A model generated the notes under the pieces. It was given only the letters and a program-made list of their open reading frames with translations. It ran no database searches and was not told where the DNA came from. Positions 17,713-26,230 of a DNA stretch of 64,000 nucleotides are shown piece after piece. The DNA lies in contig JAOAUZ010000001.1 in the NCBI GenBank assembly GCA_025464625.1, positions 398,848 through 462,847 on the forward strand, in the 5' to 3' direction. A program made the translations under genes and the position numbers. This stretch comes from Rickettsiales bacterium (GTDB lineage Bacteria > Pseudomonadota > Alphaproteobacteria > Rickettsiales > SXRF01). Each line of letters begins with the position of its first letter. Position 1 is the stretch's first letter.

Positions 17713-18121
17713 TCTTTGCTACCTTTCCAGTGAGCATGTTGCCAGCAACATTTATATATTTTCTTGCTGCTTCTTGTGCCTGTTCCACCGCCTCTTTCAT
17801 TGAAACTTTTCCGCGTGCGCTGGTGAGTTTAATCATCATCGGCAGATTAACGCCTGCGATAACCTCTATATTATCGGTATCCATAACTGATATTGCGAGG
17901 TTGGAAGGAGTGCCACCAAACATATCGGTGAGAATGACAATGCCACCGCCATTATTAACTTTTTTTATAGCGTTTAAAATTCGTTCGCGTGCATCGTTCG
18001 AGTCGTCATTGGGGGCTATTCCAACAGCTGCAATTTGCTCCTGATGTCCAACCACATGTTCTGTGACTGATATAAATTCATCTGCTAGTTTTCCATGGGC
18101 AACGATGACAATTCCAAACAT
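17702..18121 (-). CDS. PTS EIIA component, mannose/fructose family
   Basis: MFGIVIVAHGKLADEF N-terminus with the phospho-His, and LTDMFGGTPSN. Confidence 0.8.
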   Translation of the reverse strand: MFGIVIVAHGKLADEFISVTEHVVGHQEQIAAVGIAPNDDSNDARERILNAIKKVNNGGGIVILTDMFGGTPSNLAISVMDTDNIEVIAGVNLPMMIKLTSARGKVSMKEAVEQAQEAARKYINVAGNMLTGKVAKSGG

Positions 18122-18126
18122 CGGCT

Positions 18127-18966
18127 TTACTCCAAATCTCTGTGACGAAGAGTAACATTATATCCTGTTTGCTGCAAAAAGCCACCGAGCTTTTGCACTA
18201 AATATACAGAACGATGGCGACCACCAGTGCAGCCAATAGCTATTGTTAAATAATTTTTTCCTTCCTCCAAATAGCGAGGAAACAAAGGTGATATAAGTGC
18301 GGTAATATTTTTAAAAAAATCAGCAAAGCCAGCGTCAGATTCAATATATTTACCGACTTCAGAATCTAAACCAGAGAGAGGACGCAAAACAGTATCGTAG
18401 TGAGGGTTTTTCAGGAAGCGAACGTCAAACACCATGTCAGCTTCGCGTGGCAGCCCGTTCTTAAAAGAAAATGAGGTTAGAACTACTGAAAGTGTACGTT
18501 CTTTTTGTGCAAAATTGTTGATGATTATTTTGCGCAGGTCTGCTGCTTCAGTTTCACTGGTATCAACAACTAAATCCGCAACATCGCGGAGTTTACTGAT
18601 AAGGGCGCGTTCGTGATGTATTCCATCAAGGACTGGTCTATCGAGTGCAAGTGGGTGGCGACGGCGTGTTTCAGTGAAACGACGTCGTAGTGTCTCATCA
18701 TCGGAATCAAGAAATAAAATCTTTAATTCAATTTTTGGATTGTTTTTTAGTGTGTCTATTACGTTGATAAAATGTTCGATAGAAAAATCTCGGCTGCGTA
18801 TGTCATTTCCTATTGCAAGGTTACGAGCGCTTGCGCCAGAATTTACGACTGATGGCAAAAATGCCAGTGGCAAATTATCAATCGCTTCAAATCCAGAATC
18901 TTCCAGTGTTTTGAGAGCAACGCTTTTTCCAGCTCCTGACATTCCAGTGACGAGGATTAATTTCAT
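18127..18966 (-). CDS. rapZ: RNase adapter / nucleotide-binding protein RapZ (YhbJ)
   Basis: LVTGMSGAGKS Walker A, the DxRF region, and the C-terminal GCTGGRHRSV motif. Confidence 0.88.
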   Translation of the reverse strand: MKLILVTGMSGAGKSVALKTLEDSGFEAIDNLPLAFLPSVVNSGASARNLAIGNDIRSRDFSIEHFINVIDTLKNNPKIELKILFLDSDDETLRRRFTETRRRHPLALDRPVLDGIHHERALISKLRDVADLVVDTSETEAADLRKIIINNFAQKERTLSVVLTSFSFKNGLPREADMVFDVRFLKNPHYDTVLRPLSGLDSEVGKYIESDAGFADFFKNITALISPLFPRYLEEGKNYLTIAIGCTGGRHRSVYLVQKLGGFLQQTGYNVTLRHRDLE

Positions 18967-19397
18967 ATATTAAACTCTATTTTATCTATAAAAAATCGGA
19001 TTTTGGCTGGTGTTGAAGAATCAAACGCGTGGAGTGATAATAGTGGTAATTTATGTTCAAGGCAATCAAAGAACTGCGCTTCAGGCAGCCGTTCCACTGC
19101 ATCGCGTGACACTAGATTTATGGCAAGTTTTAACTCTATATCACGAATAAACGGCAAGGTTAAAATGCCAATTCCACGAGCCTCCATCATCCCTTCCAGT
19201 TGTTTTGGCGGAGAGGCTGTAAGAATATTATTTTGCGAACTTATTTCAACGTAATCATCGGCAACTAGCTGCGCTCCGTTATCTATCATACGCAGGGCTA
19301 TGTCGGATTTTCCGCTTCCAGAATCGCCAAGCAACAATATCGCTTTATTGTTGACGCTTACACAGCTAGCGTGGATTATAGTGTTTTTAGATGACAT
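18963..19397 (-). CDS. hprK: HPr kinase/phosphorylase, short alphaproteobacterial form (C-terminal domain only)
   Basis: 144 aa with GDSGSGKSD P-loop and ARGIGIL. This length is typical of the truncated alpha-type HprK. Confidence 0.8.
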   Translation of the reverse strand: MSSKNTIIHASCVSVNNKAILLLGDSGSGKSDIALRMIDNGAQLVADDYVEISSQNNILTASPPKQLEGMMEARGIGILTLPFIRDIELKLAINLVSRDAVERLPEAQFFDCLEHKLPLLSLHAFDSSTPAKIRFFIDKIEFNI

Positions 19398-19428
19398 AGA
19401 GTTTATTTTTAAGGTAATAAAAGCAAAA

Positions 19429-20553
19429 ATGCCAGCATTAGACGAAATATTAACGCAGAAATTGCAGATATTAGAGGCAAAGCAGCAGAAGCGTGTGCTT
19501 ATTCCCAGCGTGCGTCATGATGGCGCGTATATTTCGCGTGGCGGGAAAGATTTTATATCTTTTAGCTGCAATGATTATCTTGGGCTGTCGTATCATCCCA
19601 AAGTTATAGCTGCTGCCAGTGAAGCATTGCAGAAATATGGGGCAGGGGCAGGGGCATCGCGCCTTGTTACTGGCGAATGCCAGCTTTATGGTGAACTGGA
19701 GAGTTTGCTTGCTAAGTATAATGGCGCAGAATCGGCGTGCGTGTTTGGTAGTGGATATTTGGCTAATATAGGCACTATTCCAGCACTGGTTGGAAAAAAC
19801 GATCTTATTCTTGCGGATAAATTGTCCCATGCTTGCATAATTGACGCAGCGAAACTTTCAGGTGCTACCATGCTGCGTTTTGCTCACAATAACTCGGCAC
19901 ATCTGCGGATGTTATTGGAAGCCAATCGTGCGGAATATCAGAATTGCCTGATTGTTACTGAAACAGTTTTCAGTATGGATGGTGACACAGCACCTCTTGT
20001 AGAATTGGCAGAATTAGCAAAGGAATTTGCTGCTTGGCTGATGACAGACTCAGCGCATTATTTTTTACCAACAACCAGCCACAAGCAACCAGCAACCATC
20101 AAGATGGGAACTCTCTCCAAAGCAGCGGGAAGTTACGGCGGGTATGTTTGTGGTTCAAATACTTTAATTGAATATTTGAAAAATGCAGCGCGCAGCGTAG
20201 TTTTCTCTACTGGTTTGCCACCTGCAAGTTTGGCAGCCTCAATAGAAGCTCTAAAAATTATGCGAAGTGAACCAGAGCGATTACAAAAACCACTGGAAAA
20301 CGCAAAATTATTTACAAGTATATTGGGTATTCCAGAAGCGGGGAGCGCAATTGTTCCGCTTATTCTTGGCGAAAATGATAAGGCAGTGACAGCCTCTGCT
20401 TTACTGGCAGAAAATGGATTTTTAGTGGCGGCAATCCGTCCGCCAACTGTTCCAGAAAATACAGCGAGGCTACGCTTTACATTTTCTGCCTTGCATATGA
20501 AGGAACAAATTGAAAAACTATGCTCCATTATCAAAAAGCAGGGTTGGGTATGA
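19429..20553 (+). CDS. bioF: 8-amino-7-oxononanoate synthase
   Basis: PLP-dependent fold with FSMDGD and TLSKAAGSYGG (Lys). ATG at 19429 chosen because the longer ORF from 19300 would overlap hprK. Confidence 0.88.
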   Translation: MPALDEILTQKLQILEAKQQKRVLIPSVRHDGAYISRGGKDFISFSCNDYLGLSYHPKVIAAASEALQKYGAGAGASRLVTGECQLYGELESLLAKYNGAESACVFGSGYLANIGTIPALVGKNDLILADKLSHACIIDAAKLSGATMLRFAHNNSAHLRMLLEANRAEYQNCLIVTETVFSMDGDTAPLVELAELAKEFAAWLMTDSAHYFLPTTSHKQPATIKMGTLSKAAGSYGGYVCGSNTLIEYLKNAARSVVFSTGLPPASLAASIEALKIMRSEPERLQKPLENAKLFTSILGIPEAGSAIVPLILGENDKAVTASALLAENGFLVAAIRPPTVPENTARLRFTFSALHMKEQIEKLCSIIKKQGWV

Positions 20554-21233
20554 AAATTCTTGCTTTGAGTGGTTGGGGTCAGCCACATAGCACACTTGCT
20601 GACATCGTGCCGAATGCCACACATTTTGATTATGCTGATTACAAAACCATAGATGATGCTCTTGCAGGAATTGCACAGGAAGCAAAAAAACATGATACTA
20701 TAATCGGCTGGTCACTGGGTGGGCAACTTGCTGTGCGGGCGGTTGCAAAAGGTTTGATGCAACCAAAAAAACTGGTGCTAATTGGCGTTCCATTTCAATT
20801 TGTACATTCGGGAGAAATTAAAATCGGAATGCCACGCGATAAATTCCAGAAATTTCGTGATAATTATGAAAAAAATGCAGCGCGGACTTTGGCAAAGGCG
20901 TGGGAGCTTATTATTTTGAATGATAAAAACCCAGAACATGTGCGGGCGCGATTGGAACAATATAACCAAGCTTCTATGCTAGAGAAAAACTGGCTGCACT
21001 GGCTTGATATGCTTGATGGGTTTAGCTGCAAAGATCTGGATTTTAGCAAATTTCCGCCAAGTTTGCTGCTGCATGGTGCGCAGGATGCAGTGGTGGAACA
21101 CACGCAGGCGCATGAATTTATAAAACATATTCCGCAGGCAAAACATATTATTATGCCTGATGCTGGTCATGCTCCGCATTGGCATGATACGCATGTTGTT
21201 AAACGTCATATCGAGGAATATCTGCATGTTTGA
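20550..21233 (+). CDS. bioH: Alpha/beta hydrolase, BioH-like pimeloyl-ACP methyl ester esterase (function inferred from context)
   Basis: GWSLGG nucleophile elbow, with Asp (GAQD) and His (GHAPH) later in the sequence. ATGA overlap with the bioF stop. Sits between bioF and bioC. Confidence 0.65.
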   Translation: MKILALSGWGQPHSTLADIVPNATHFDYADYKTIDDALAGIAQEAKKHDTIIGWSLGGQLAVRAVAKGLMQPKKLVLIGVPFQFVHSGEIKIGMPRDKFQKFRDNYEKNAARTLAKAWELIILNDKNPEHVRARLEQYNQASMLEKNWLHWLDMLDGFSCKDLDFSKFPPSLLLHGAQDAVVEHTQAHEFIKHIPQAKHIIMPDAGHAPHWHDTHVVKRHIEEYLHV

Positions 21234-21981
21234 CAAAAGTGCCATTAAGAAAAATTTTAGCCGTGCTTCTGCTGATTATGACAGGCATGCTAAATTACAA
21301 GAATCTATCCGCAAAAAGGCTAATAAACTTGCTTCTGATTATTTTCCACGCAAAACAAAACTTCTTGATCTCGGCTGTGGCACTGGTGAATTTTCCAAGG
21401 ATAATAGCGATAAATGGGATATAGTTGGAGCGGATATATCTTATGGAATGTGCGCCGTAGCAAAAGAAAAAAACACCAAAGTCATAAATGCTGACGCTAC
21501 TTTGCTGCCGTTTAATGATGATAGTTTTGATTGTGTGTTTTCATCATTACTTTTGCAATGGGCAGAAAATCCAGAAACTATAATTAAGGAAATTTTGCGC
21601 GTGTTAAAACCAGATGGAACTGCGGTTGTAACCACATTTGTGCATGGCACTCTAAACGAACTGGAAGATGCTTTTAAGGTTCTAGATTCGGCGACATATA
21701 TCAGTAAATTTGTAGAGCCTAGCTGGTTATTGATGCGCATAGCGCATATTGGTGGCTTGGTGATGGATGTGGATGAATACGAACATAAAGAATATTATGA
21801 TGATGTTCTCTCACTAATGCGTTCAATAAAAAATATTGGTGCGAGCAATAAAATAAATACTCGTCGCAGGGGGCTTATGACACCAACGCAACTGAGGAGA
21901 GTTGAGCAAAATTATAAAGCAGAAGGTAGAAAAATTTCTGCTACTTGGAATGTTCTTATAATGGTTATAGGTAAGCCCTAG
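21226..21981 (+). CDS. bioC: Malonyl-ACP O-methyltransferase BioC (class I SAM methyltransferase)
   Basis: FSRASADYDRHAKLQ start typical of BioC, and SAM motif LLDLGCGTG. Overlaps the bioH end. Confidence 0.75.
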   Translation: MFDKSAIKKNFSRASADYDRHAKLQESIRKKANKLASDYFPRKTKLLDLGCGTGEFSKDNSDKWDIVGADISYGMCAVAKEKNTKVINADATLLPFNDDSFDCVFSSLLLQWAENPETIIKEILRVLKPDGTAVVTTFVHGTLNELEDAFKVLDSATYISKFVEPSWLLMRIAHIGGLVMDVDEYEHKEYYDDVLSLMRSIKNIGASNKINTRRRGLMTPTQLRRVEQNYKAEGRKISATWNVLIMVIGKP

Positions 21982-21990
21982 AAGGTTCTT

Positions 21991-22659
21991 ATGAATAAAT
22001 TTTTTATCACAGCAACTGGCACAGATATTGGTAAAACATTTGTTACCACCACACTTTGCAGGCAGCTAATAGAAGCTGGAAAAAAGATATTGGCGTTAAA
22101 GCCAGTGATAAGTGGGTATAATCCTGATGATTTGCAAAGCGACACAGCACTTATTCTTGAGAGTTGCAGTTTGCCAATTACACAAGAAAACATAGAAAAA
22201 ATCTCACCATGGAGGTTTACAGTTCCTCTTTCTCCAAATATGGCAGCAGAAAAAGAAGGGAAAAATATAGTTTTTGATGAGCTGATAAAATTCTGCCAAG
22301 AGCAGGAAAAAATTGGTGCTGATATATTGCTGGTGGAGGGTGTTGGTGGGGTTTGTGTTCCGCTAAATGATAGATATACCGTGTTGGATTGGATGTCTGC
22401 TCTGCCAGATTATAAAATAATATTGGTTTCTGGCAGTTATCTTGGCTCTATTAGCCATACACTCACCGCTATTCACGCTCTTGCAGCGCGCAACTTAAAA
22501 CTTCACGCGCTTATAGTTAGCGAATCAGAAAATAATTCTGTATCTTTGGTTGAAACTGCTAAAACATTAGAAAATTTTATACCTAAATCAGTACACATTA
22601 TTACTGTGCCACGACAACATAAAACTAATATACCATCGTTAAAAGAGGTGTGTTTATGA
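21991..22659 (+). CDS. bioD: Dethiobiotin synthase
   Basis: FITATGTDIGKT P-loop and LVEGVGG. Confidence 0.85.
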   Translation: MNKFFITATGTDIGKTFVTTTLCRQLIEAGKKILALKPVISGYNPDDLQSDTALILESCSLPITQENIEKISPWRFTVPLSPNMAAEKEGKNIVFDELIKFCQEQEKIGADILLVEGVGGVCVPLNDRYTVLDWMSALPDYKIILVSGSYLGSISHTLTAIHALAARNLKLHALIVSESENNSVSLVETAKTLENFIPKSVHIITVPRQHKTNIPSLKEVCL

Positions 22660-23333
22660 CAGCAGACAAAAAACCAGAAGTAAGGAAAGTTGAGAATTCG
22701 AAGATATTTACGGTATTTAGATATCTTGGTCTGCGTCCTAGAAAAATTGATCCCAAATACAAAAAATATGTAAGGTTAAACCATAGAATGATAGCGGCAA
22801 CCATTGATACTTTAATCGCAATGGTTACTATTGGATTTATTACTGGTTTGATACTCGACCAATTCTCTCATTCTCGCCCAATTACTTTTGAAGAAATCGA
22901 AGCAATAAAAGCCAACCCAAAAACGGAAACACTGGAATTGATTAAATTATTGAGGGAATCTGGTAAACTTGCGGAGTTATTGTTTAATACAACTGTGCAG
23001 ATGACGGTGTTGCTAATTTCTTCTGCAATTTGCTGGAAGTTTTGGTCGGCAACACCAGGTAAAATACTAATGGGAATGAAAATAGTTGATGCTGAAACAG
23101 AAAAACCGATGACCAATAGGCAAATTATACTCAGAACTCTTGGATATATTCCCTCATGCGGGATGTTTTTTCTGGGAATTTTTTGGATTTCATTTAATAA
23201 ACGCTGTCAGGGTTGGCATGATAAAATAGCTGGAACGGTGGTTATTTATCCTCCAAAAATTAAGGTTGAAGATACCACTTCTTCTGATGTAGTTGTAGAA
23301 AAATCAGCCGAAATAGCAACGCAGGTAAGCTAA
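22656..23333 (+). CDS. RDD-family membrane protein
   Basis: RMIAATIDTLIAMV and a later R..D pairing within a three-TM architecture. ATGA overlap with the bioD stop. Confidence 0.65.
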   Translation: MTADKKPEVRKVENSKIFTVFRYLGLRPRKIDPKYKKYVRLNHRMIAATIDTLIAMVTIGFITGLILDQFSHSRPITFEEIEAIKANPKTETLELIKLLRESGKLAELLFNTTVQMTVLLISSAICWKFWSATPGKILMGMKIVDAETEKPMTNRQIILRTLGYIPSCGMFFLGIFWISFNKRCQGWHDKIAGTVVIYPPKIKVEDTTSSDVVVEKSAEIATQVS

Positions 23334-23388
23334 TGGTTGTTATTTTCCAAGGAAATGCCTTAGCTAGTCGTCTAATAAGTGAGATGTA

Positions 23389-23922
23389 ATGAATAATGAG
23401 CTAACAATAATTGAACTGGCGAAAAAAGGCGATTCTTCCGCCTTTCAGCAATTATTGGAAGGGCATTATAACATGATGTATCGTGTTGCTTACCGTTTTA
23501 CAGGACAGGCGCAGGATGCAGAGGATATAGCGCAGGAGGTATGTGTGGGACTTACACATAAATTGCAGAGTTTTAACGGTAAAAGCAGTTTTTCCACATG
23601 GCTTTATCGTGTGGTGGTGAATTCCTGTCGTGATTATCAGAAAAAGCGTAGCGCACACCGTAGGCTAGAAGGTGGCTATGTGGATTTTGAGCAAAATTTA
23701 CAAAGTGATAAAAATGATTCTAACAAAAAATTATTGTGGCTTTATCGGACAATTGCGAATCTGGAGCAGTCATTAAAGGAAACGGCTTTGCTGGTGCTTA
23801 CAGAAGAATTAAGCCATGCTGAGGCTGGGAAAATATTGGGTTGCGCTGAATCAACAATTTCGTGGCGAATGCATGAAGTACGCAAACATTTGAAAAATGT
23901 AATAGGTAGTTATCATGACTGA
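23389..23922 (+). CDS. ECF (sigma-70 family) RNA polymerase sigma factor
   Basis: Region 2 (YRVAYRFTG..DAEDIAQEV, FSTWLYRVVVN) and region 4 HTH (LSHAEAGKILGCAESTISWRMHEVRKHL). Confidence 0.85.
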   Translation: MNNELTIIELAKKGDSSAFQQLLEGHYNMMYRVAYRFTGQAQDAEDIAQEVCVGLTHKLQSFNGKSSFSTWLYRVVVNSCRDYQKKRSAHRRLEGGYVDFEQNLQSDKNDSNKKLLWLYRTIANLEQSLKETALLVLTEELSHAEAGKILGCAESTISWRMHEVRKHLKNVIGSYHD

Positions 23923-26176
23923 TAATTGGGATGAAATAGAAAATCTGCTGAAAAATAGCAAGCCACCGATACCATCGGAATCGGCTAAAAACCTTGCTAT
24001 TTCTAAGGCTATGGCGGAATTTGAGAAAAAACATTCAAAATCTCACCAAGGAATTTCATTTGTGACTCGTCTTATGGATACAGTGCAAACTGTTTTCGAA
24101 ACTATAAGAGGAGAATTAACCATGAAAAAAGCATATATAGTGGCAGGCGGTATTTGCGTGAGCCTACTTGCTGTTACATTGATGAACAGCACTTATTTAT
24201 CACGCGACTTATTACCTAATCCAACAAGTGAAGAAGCATTCAAAGGAGCTGATCAAAAAGACTTTTCTTTGGCAAAGGAAAATTATGTTGGAGAAAAAGT
24301 ATCTGCTAATAAAAAGTCGGTATGGTCTTCAGAGGGAGCTGCGCCAGCTCCACAGGTTTCAGCACTCTCTGCTCCTGCTTCACCACCTATTCCTATGAAA
24401 ATGGCTGAAGGAAAGGTTGCAATGCAAGAAGCCAACAAGCCAGCCAGATTGATGGAAATGGAAGCCGCACGCGCACCGAAACAAGAAATAGCAAAAATGA
24501 AAGCATTGGCTCACCCTGCGGAAAGTTCTGCTGATGCAGTATCATCAAATATGGTTATGGGTGGTGCGGTTGGTAGTGCGCCAGCAGCCAGCATGATTGC
24601 TCCTTATCCAGATTATGATCAACAGCATAATTATTATCAGGATGAAGGGCGCGATAAATTTCAGGATGTAAAAGAAAACCCAACCAAGCTGGTGAAAGAA
24701 GAACCAGTTTCTACATTCTCGGTTGATGTTGATACTTCGTCTTATTCATTCATGCGTGCATCGTTGAATAATAATGTATTGCCACAGAAAGATGCGGTGC
24801 GGATTGAGGAAATGGTCAATTATTTTCCGTATGATTATGATGTGCCAAAAGATAAATCCGAGCCATTCAAAGCTAATGTTTCTGTGTTCCCGACACCTTG
24901 GAATGCTGATACCAAGCTGATGCATATAGGAATTAAAGGCTATCAGATGGAACAAAAAGAAAAGTCACATTCTAATCTGGTGTTCTTGATTGATACTTCT
25001 GGCTCAATGAATGAACCAAACAAACTGCCATTACTTAAAAATTCTTTCAAACTGCTGCTGGACAGTTTACGGGCGGATGACACAGTAGCAATAGTAACTT
25101 ATGCAGGCAGTGCAGGCGTTGCTTTAGAGCCAACAAAGGTTAGTGATAAATCAAAAATAACCAATGTCATAGACCGTCTGGGAGCTGGTGGCTCAACCGC
25201 TGGAGCGCAAGGAATAAAAACGGCTTATGATATTGCAGAGAGTCACTTTGATAAAAACGGTGTCAACCGTGTGATACTGGCGACTGATGGTGATTTCAAT
25301 GTAGGAATTACCAATCAAGAAGAGCTAAAAAGTTTTATCGAACGCAAGCGTGCTACAGGGATTTTCCTATCTGTTCTTGGTTTTGGCAGAGGTAATTATA
25401 ATGATTCTCTGATGCAGACTCTGGCACAAAATGGTAATGGTAATGCTGCCTATATTGATAATCTCAGTGAGGCACGCAAAGCATTGGTGGAAGAAGCAAA
25501 CTCAACTTTGTTTACCATAGCAAAAGACGTAAAAATTCAGGTTGAGTTTAATCCTGAACAAGTAGCTGAGTATCGCTTGATTGGTTATGAAACCAGAATG
25601 TTAAACCGCGAAGATTTTAATAATGATAAGGTTGATGCGGGTGATATTGGCTCTGGTCATGCTGTAACTGCTATTTATGAAATAACTCCAGTTGGCAGCA
25701 AAGCAAGATTGATTGATGAATCACGTTATCAAAAATCAGCAGAAAAATCTGACAAGAAGGATAAAGACAAAAGTGATGAATATGCTTTCGTAAAAATCCG
25801 TTATAAACTGCCTGATAGCGATACCAGCAAACTTATAACCACTCCTGTTGATGGCAAGGTTGAGTATAAGCAAATCTCTGAAGTGCCAGTTGATGCAAAA
25901 TTTGCAACTTCTGTAGCAGCATTTGCTCAAATACTGCGCGGTGATTCATACATAAAATCATATAGCTATGATGATGTGATTAATCTGGCGCAATCGGCAA
26001 AAGGTGAGGATAAGTTTGGTTATCGTGCAGAGTTTATAAATATGGTGCGTTTGGCAAAAAGCGCGCCAGTGATGAAAAATGAACCACAACCAGCACCGCC
26101 ACCGATAGAATATCCAACCCCTCTACCTATGGATATTCAGATTCAACCGCATCCATATAATAATCCTGCTACTTGA
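23915..26176 (+). CDS. Single-pass membrane protein with a YfbK-like vWA_N / von Willebrand A / DUF3520-type ectodomain; putative anti-sigma factor by position
   Basis: Overlaps the sigma gene by 8 nt. TM segment AYIVAGGICVSLLAVTLM at about aa 72-90. STFSVDVDTSSYS...EEMVNYF, then MIDAS LIDTSGSM, then EFNPxxVAEYRLIGYE. Confidence 0.8.
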   Translation: MTDNWDEIENLLKNSKPPIPSESAKNLAISKAMAEFEKKHSKSHQGISFVTRLMDTVQTVFETIRGELTMKKAYIVAGGICVSLLAVTLMNSTYLSRDLLPNPTSEEAFKGADQKDFSLAKENYVGEKVSANKKSVWSSEGAAPAPQVSALSAPASPPIPMKMAEGKVAMQEANKPARLMEMEAARAPKQEIAKMKALAHPAESSADAVSSNMVMGGAVGSAPAASMIAPYPDYDQQHNYYQDEGRDKFQDVKENPTKLVKEEPVSTFSVDVDTSSYSFMRASLNNNVLPQKDAVRIEEMVNYFPYDYDVPKDKSEPFKANVSVFPTPWNADTKLMHIGIKGYQMEQKEKSHSNLVFLIDTSGSMNEPNKLPLLKNSFKLLLDSLRADDTVAIVTYAGSAGVALEPTKVSDKSKITNVIDRLGAGGSTAGAQGIKTAYDIAESHFDKNGVNRVILATDGDFNVGITNQEELKSFIERKRATGIFLSVLGFGRGNYNDSLMQTLAQNGNGNAAYIDNLSEARKALVEEANSTLFTIAKDVKIQVEFNPEQVAEYRLIGYETRMLNREDFNNDKVDAGDIGSGHAVTAIYEITPVGSKARLIDESRYQKSAEKSDKKDKDKSDEYAFVKIRYKLPDSDTSKLITTPVDGKVEYKQISEVPVDAKFATSVAAFAQILRGDSYIKSYSYDDVINLAQSAKGEDKFGYRAEFINMVRLAKSAPVMKNEPQPAPPPIEYPTPLPMDIQIQPHPYNNPAT

Positions 26177-26230
26177 TTTACCTATAATACCCTCTTCCTC
26201 TGGGAGAGGGTTAGGGTGAGGGATGGTAAA

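Noticed and set aside
19300-19428. Longer bioF ORF starting at 19300. The ORF track gives similar upstream-extended alternative starts at 2373, 5657, 9639, 15253, 20520, 21160, 22650, 26216, 28467, 32645, 33154, 42893, 43353 and 58916.
   Set aside because: The extensions overlap neighbouring genes or begin at TTG or GTG without an RBS. Downstream ATGs give N-termini matching the families and/or have Shine-Dalgarno-like sequences.
26189-26223. GC-rich motif accctcttcctctgggagagggttagggtgaggg between the vWA gene and the next ORF, considered as a dispersed repeat or terminator.
   Set aside because: There is only one copy in the window. The stem is about 6 bp (ccctct/agaggg) and has no T-tract. 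This is not enough to call a terminator or a repeat family.
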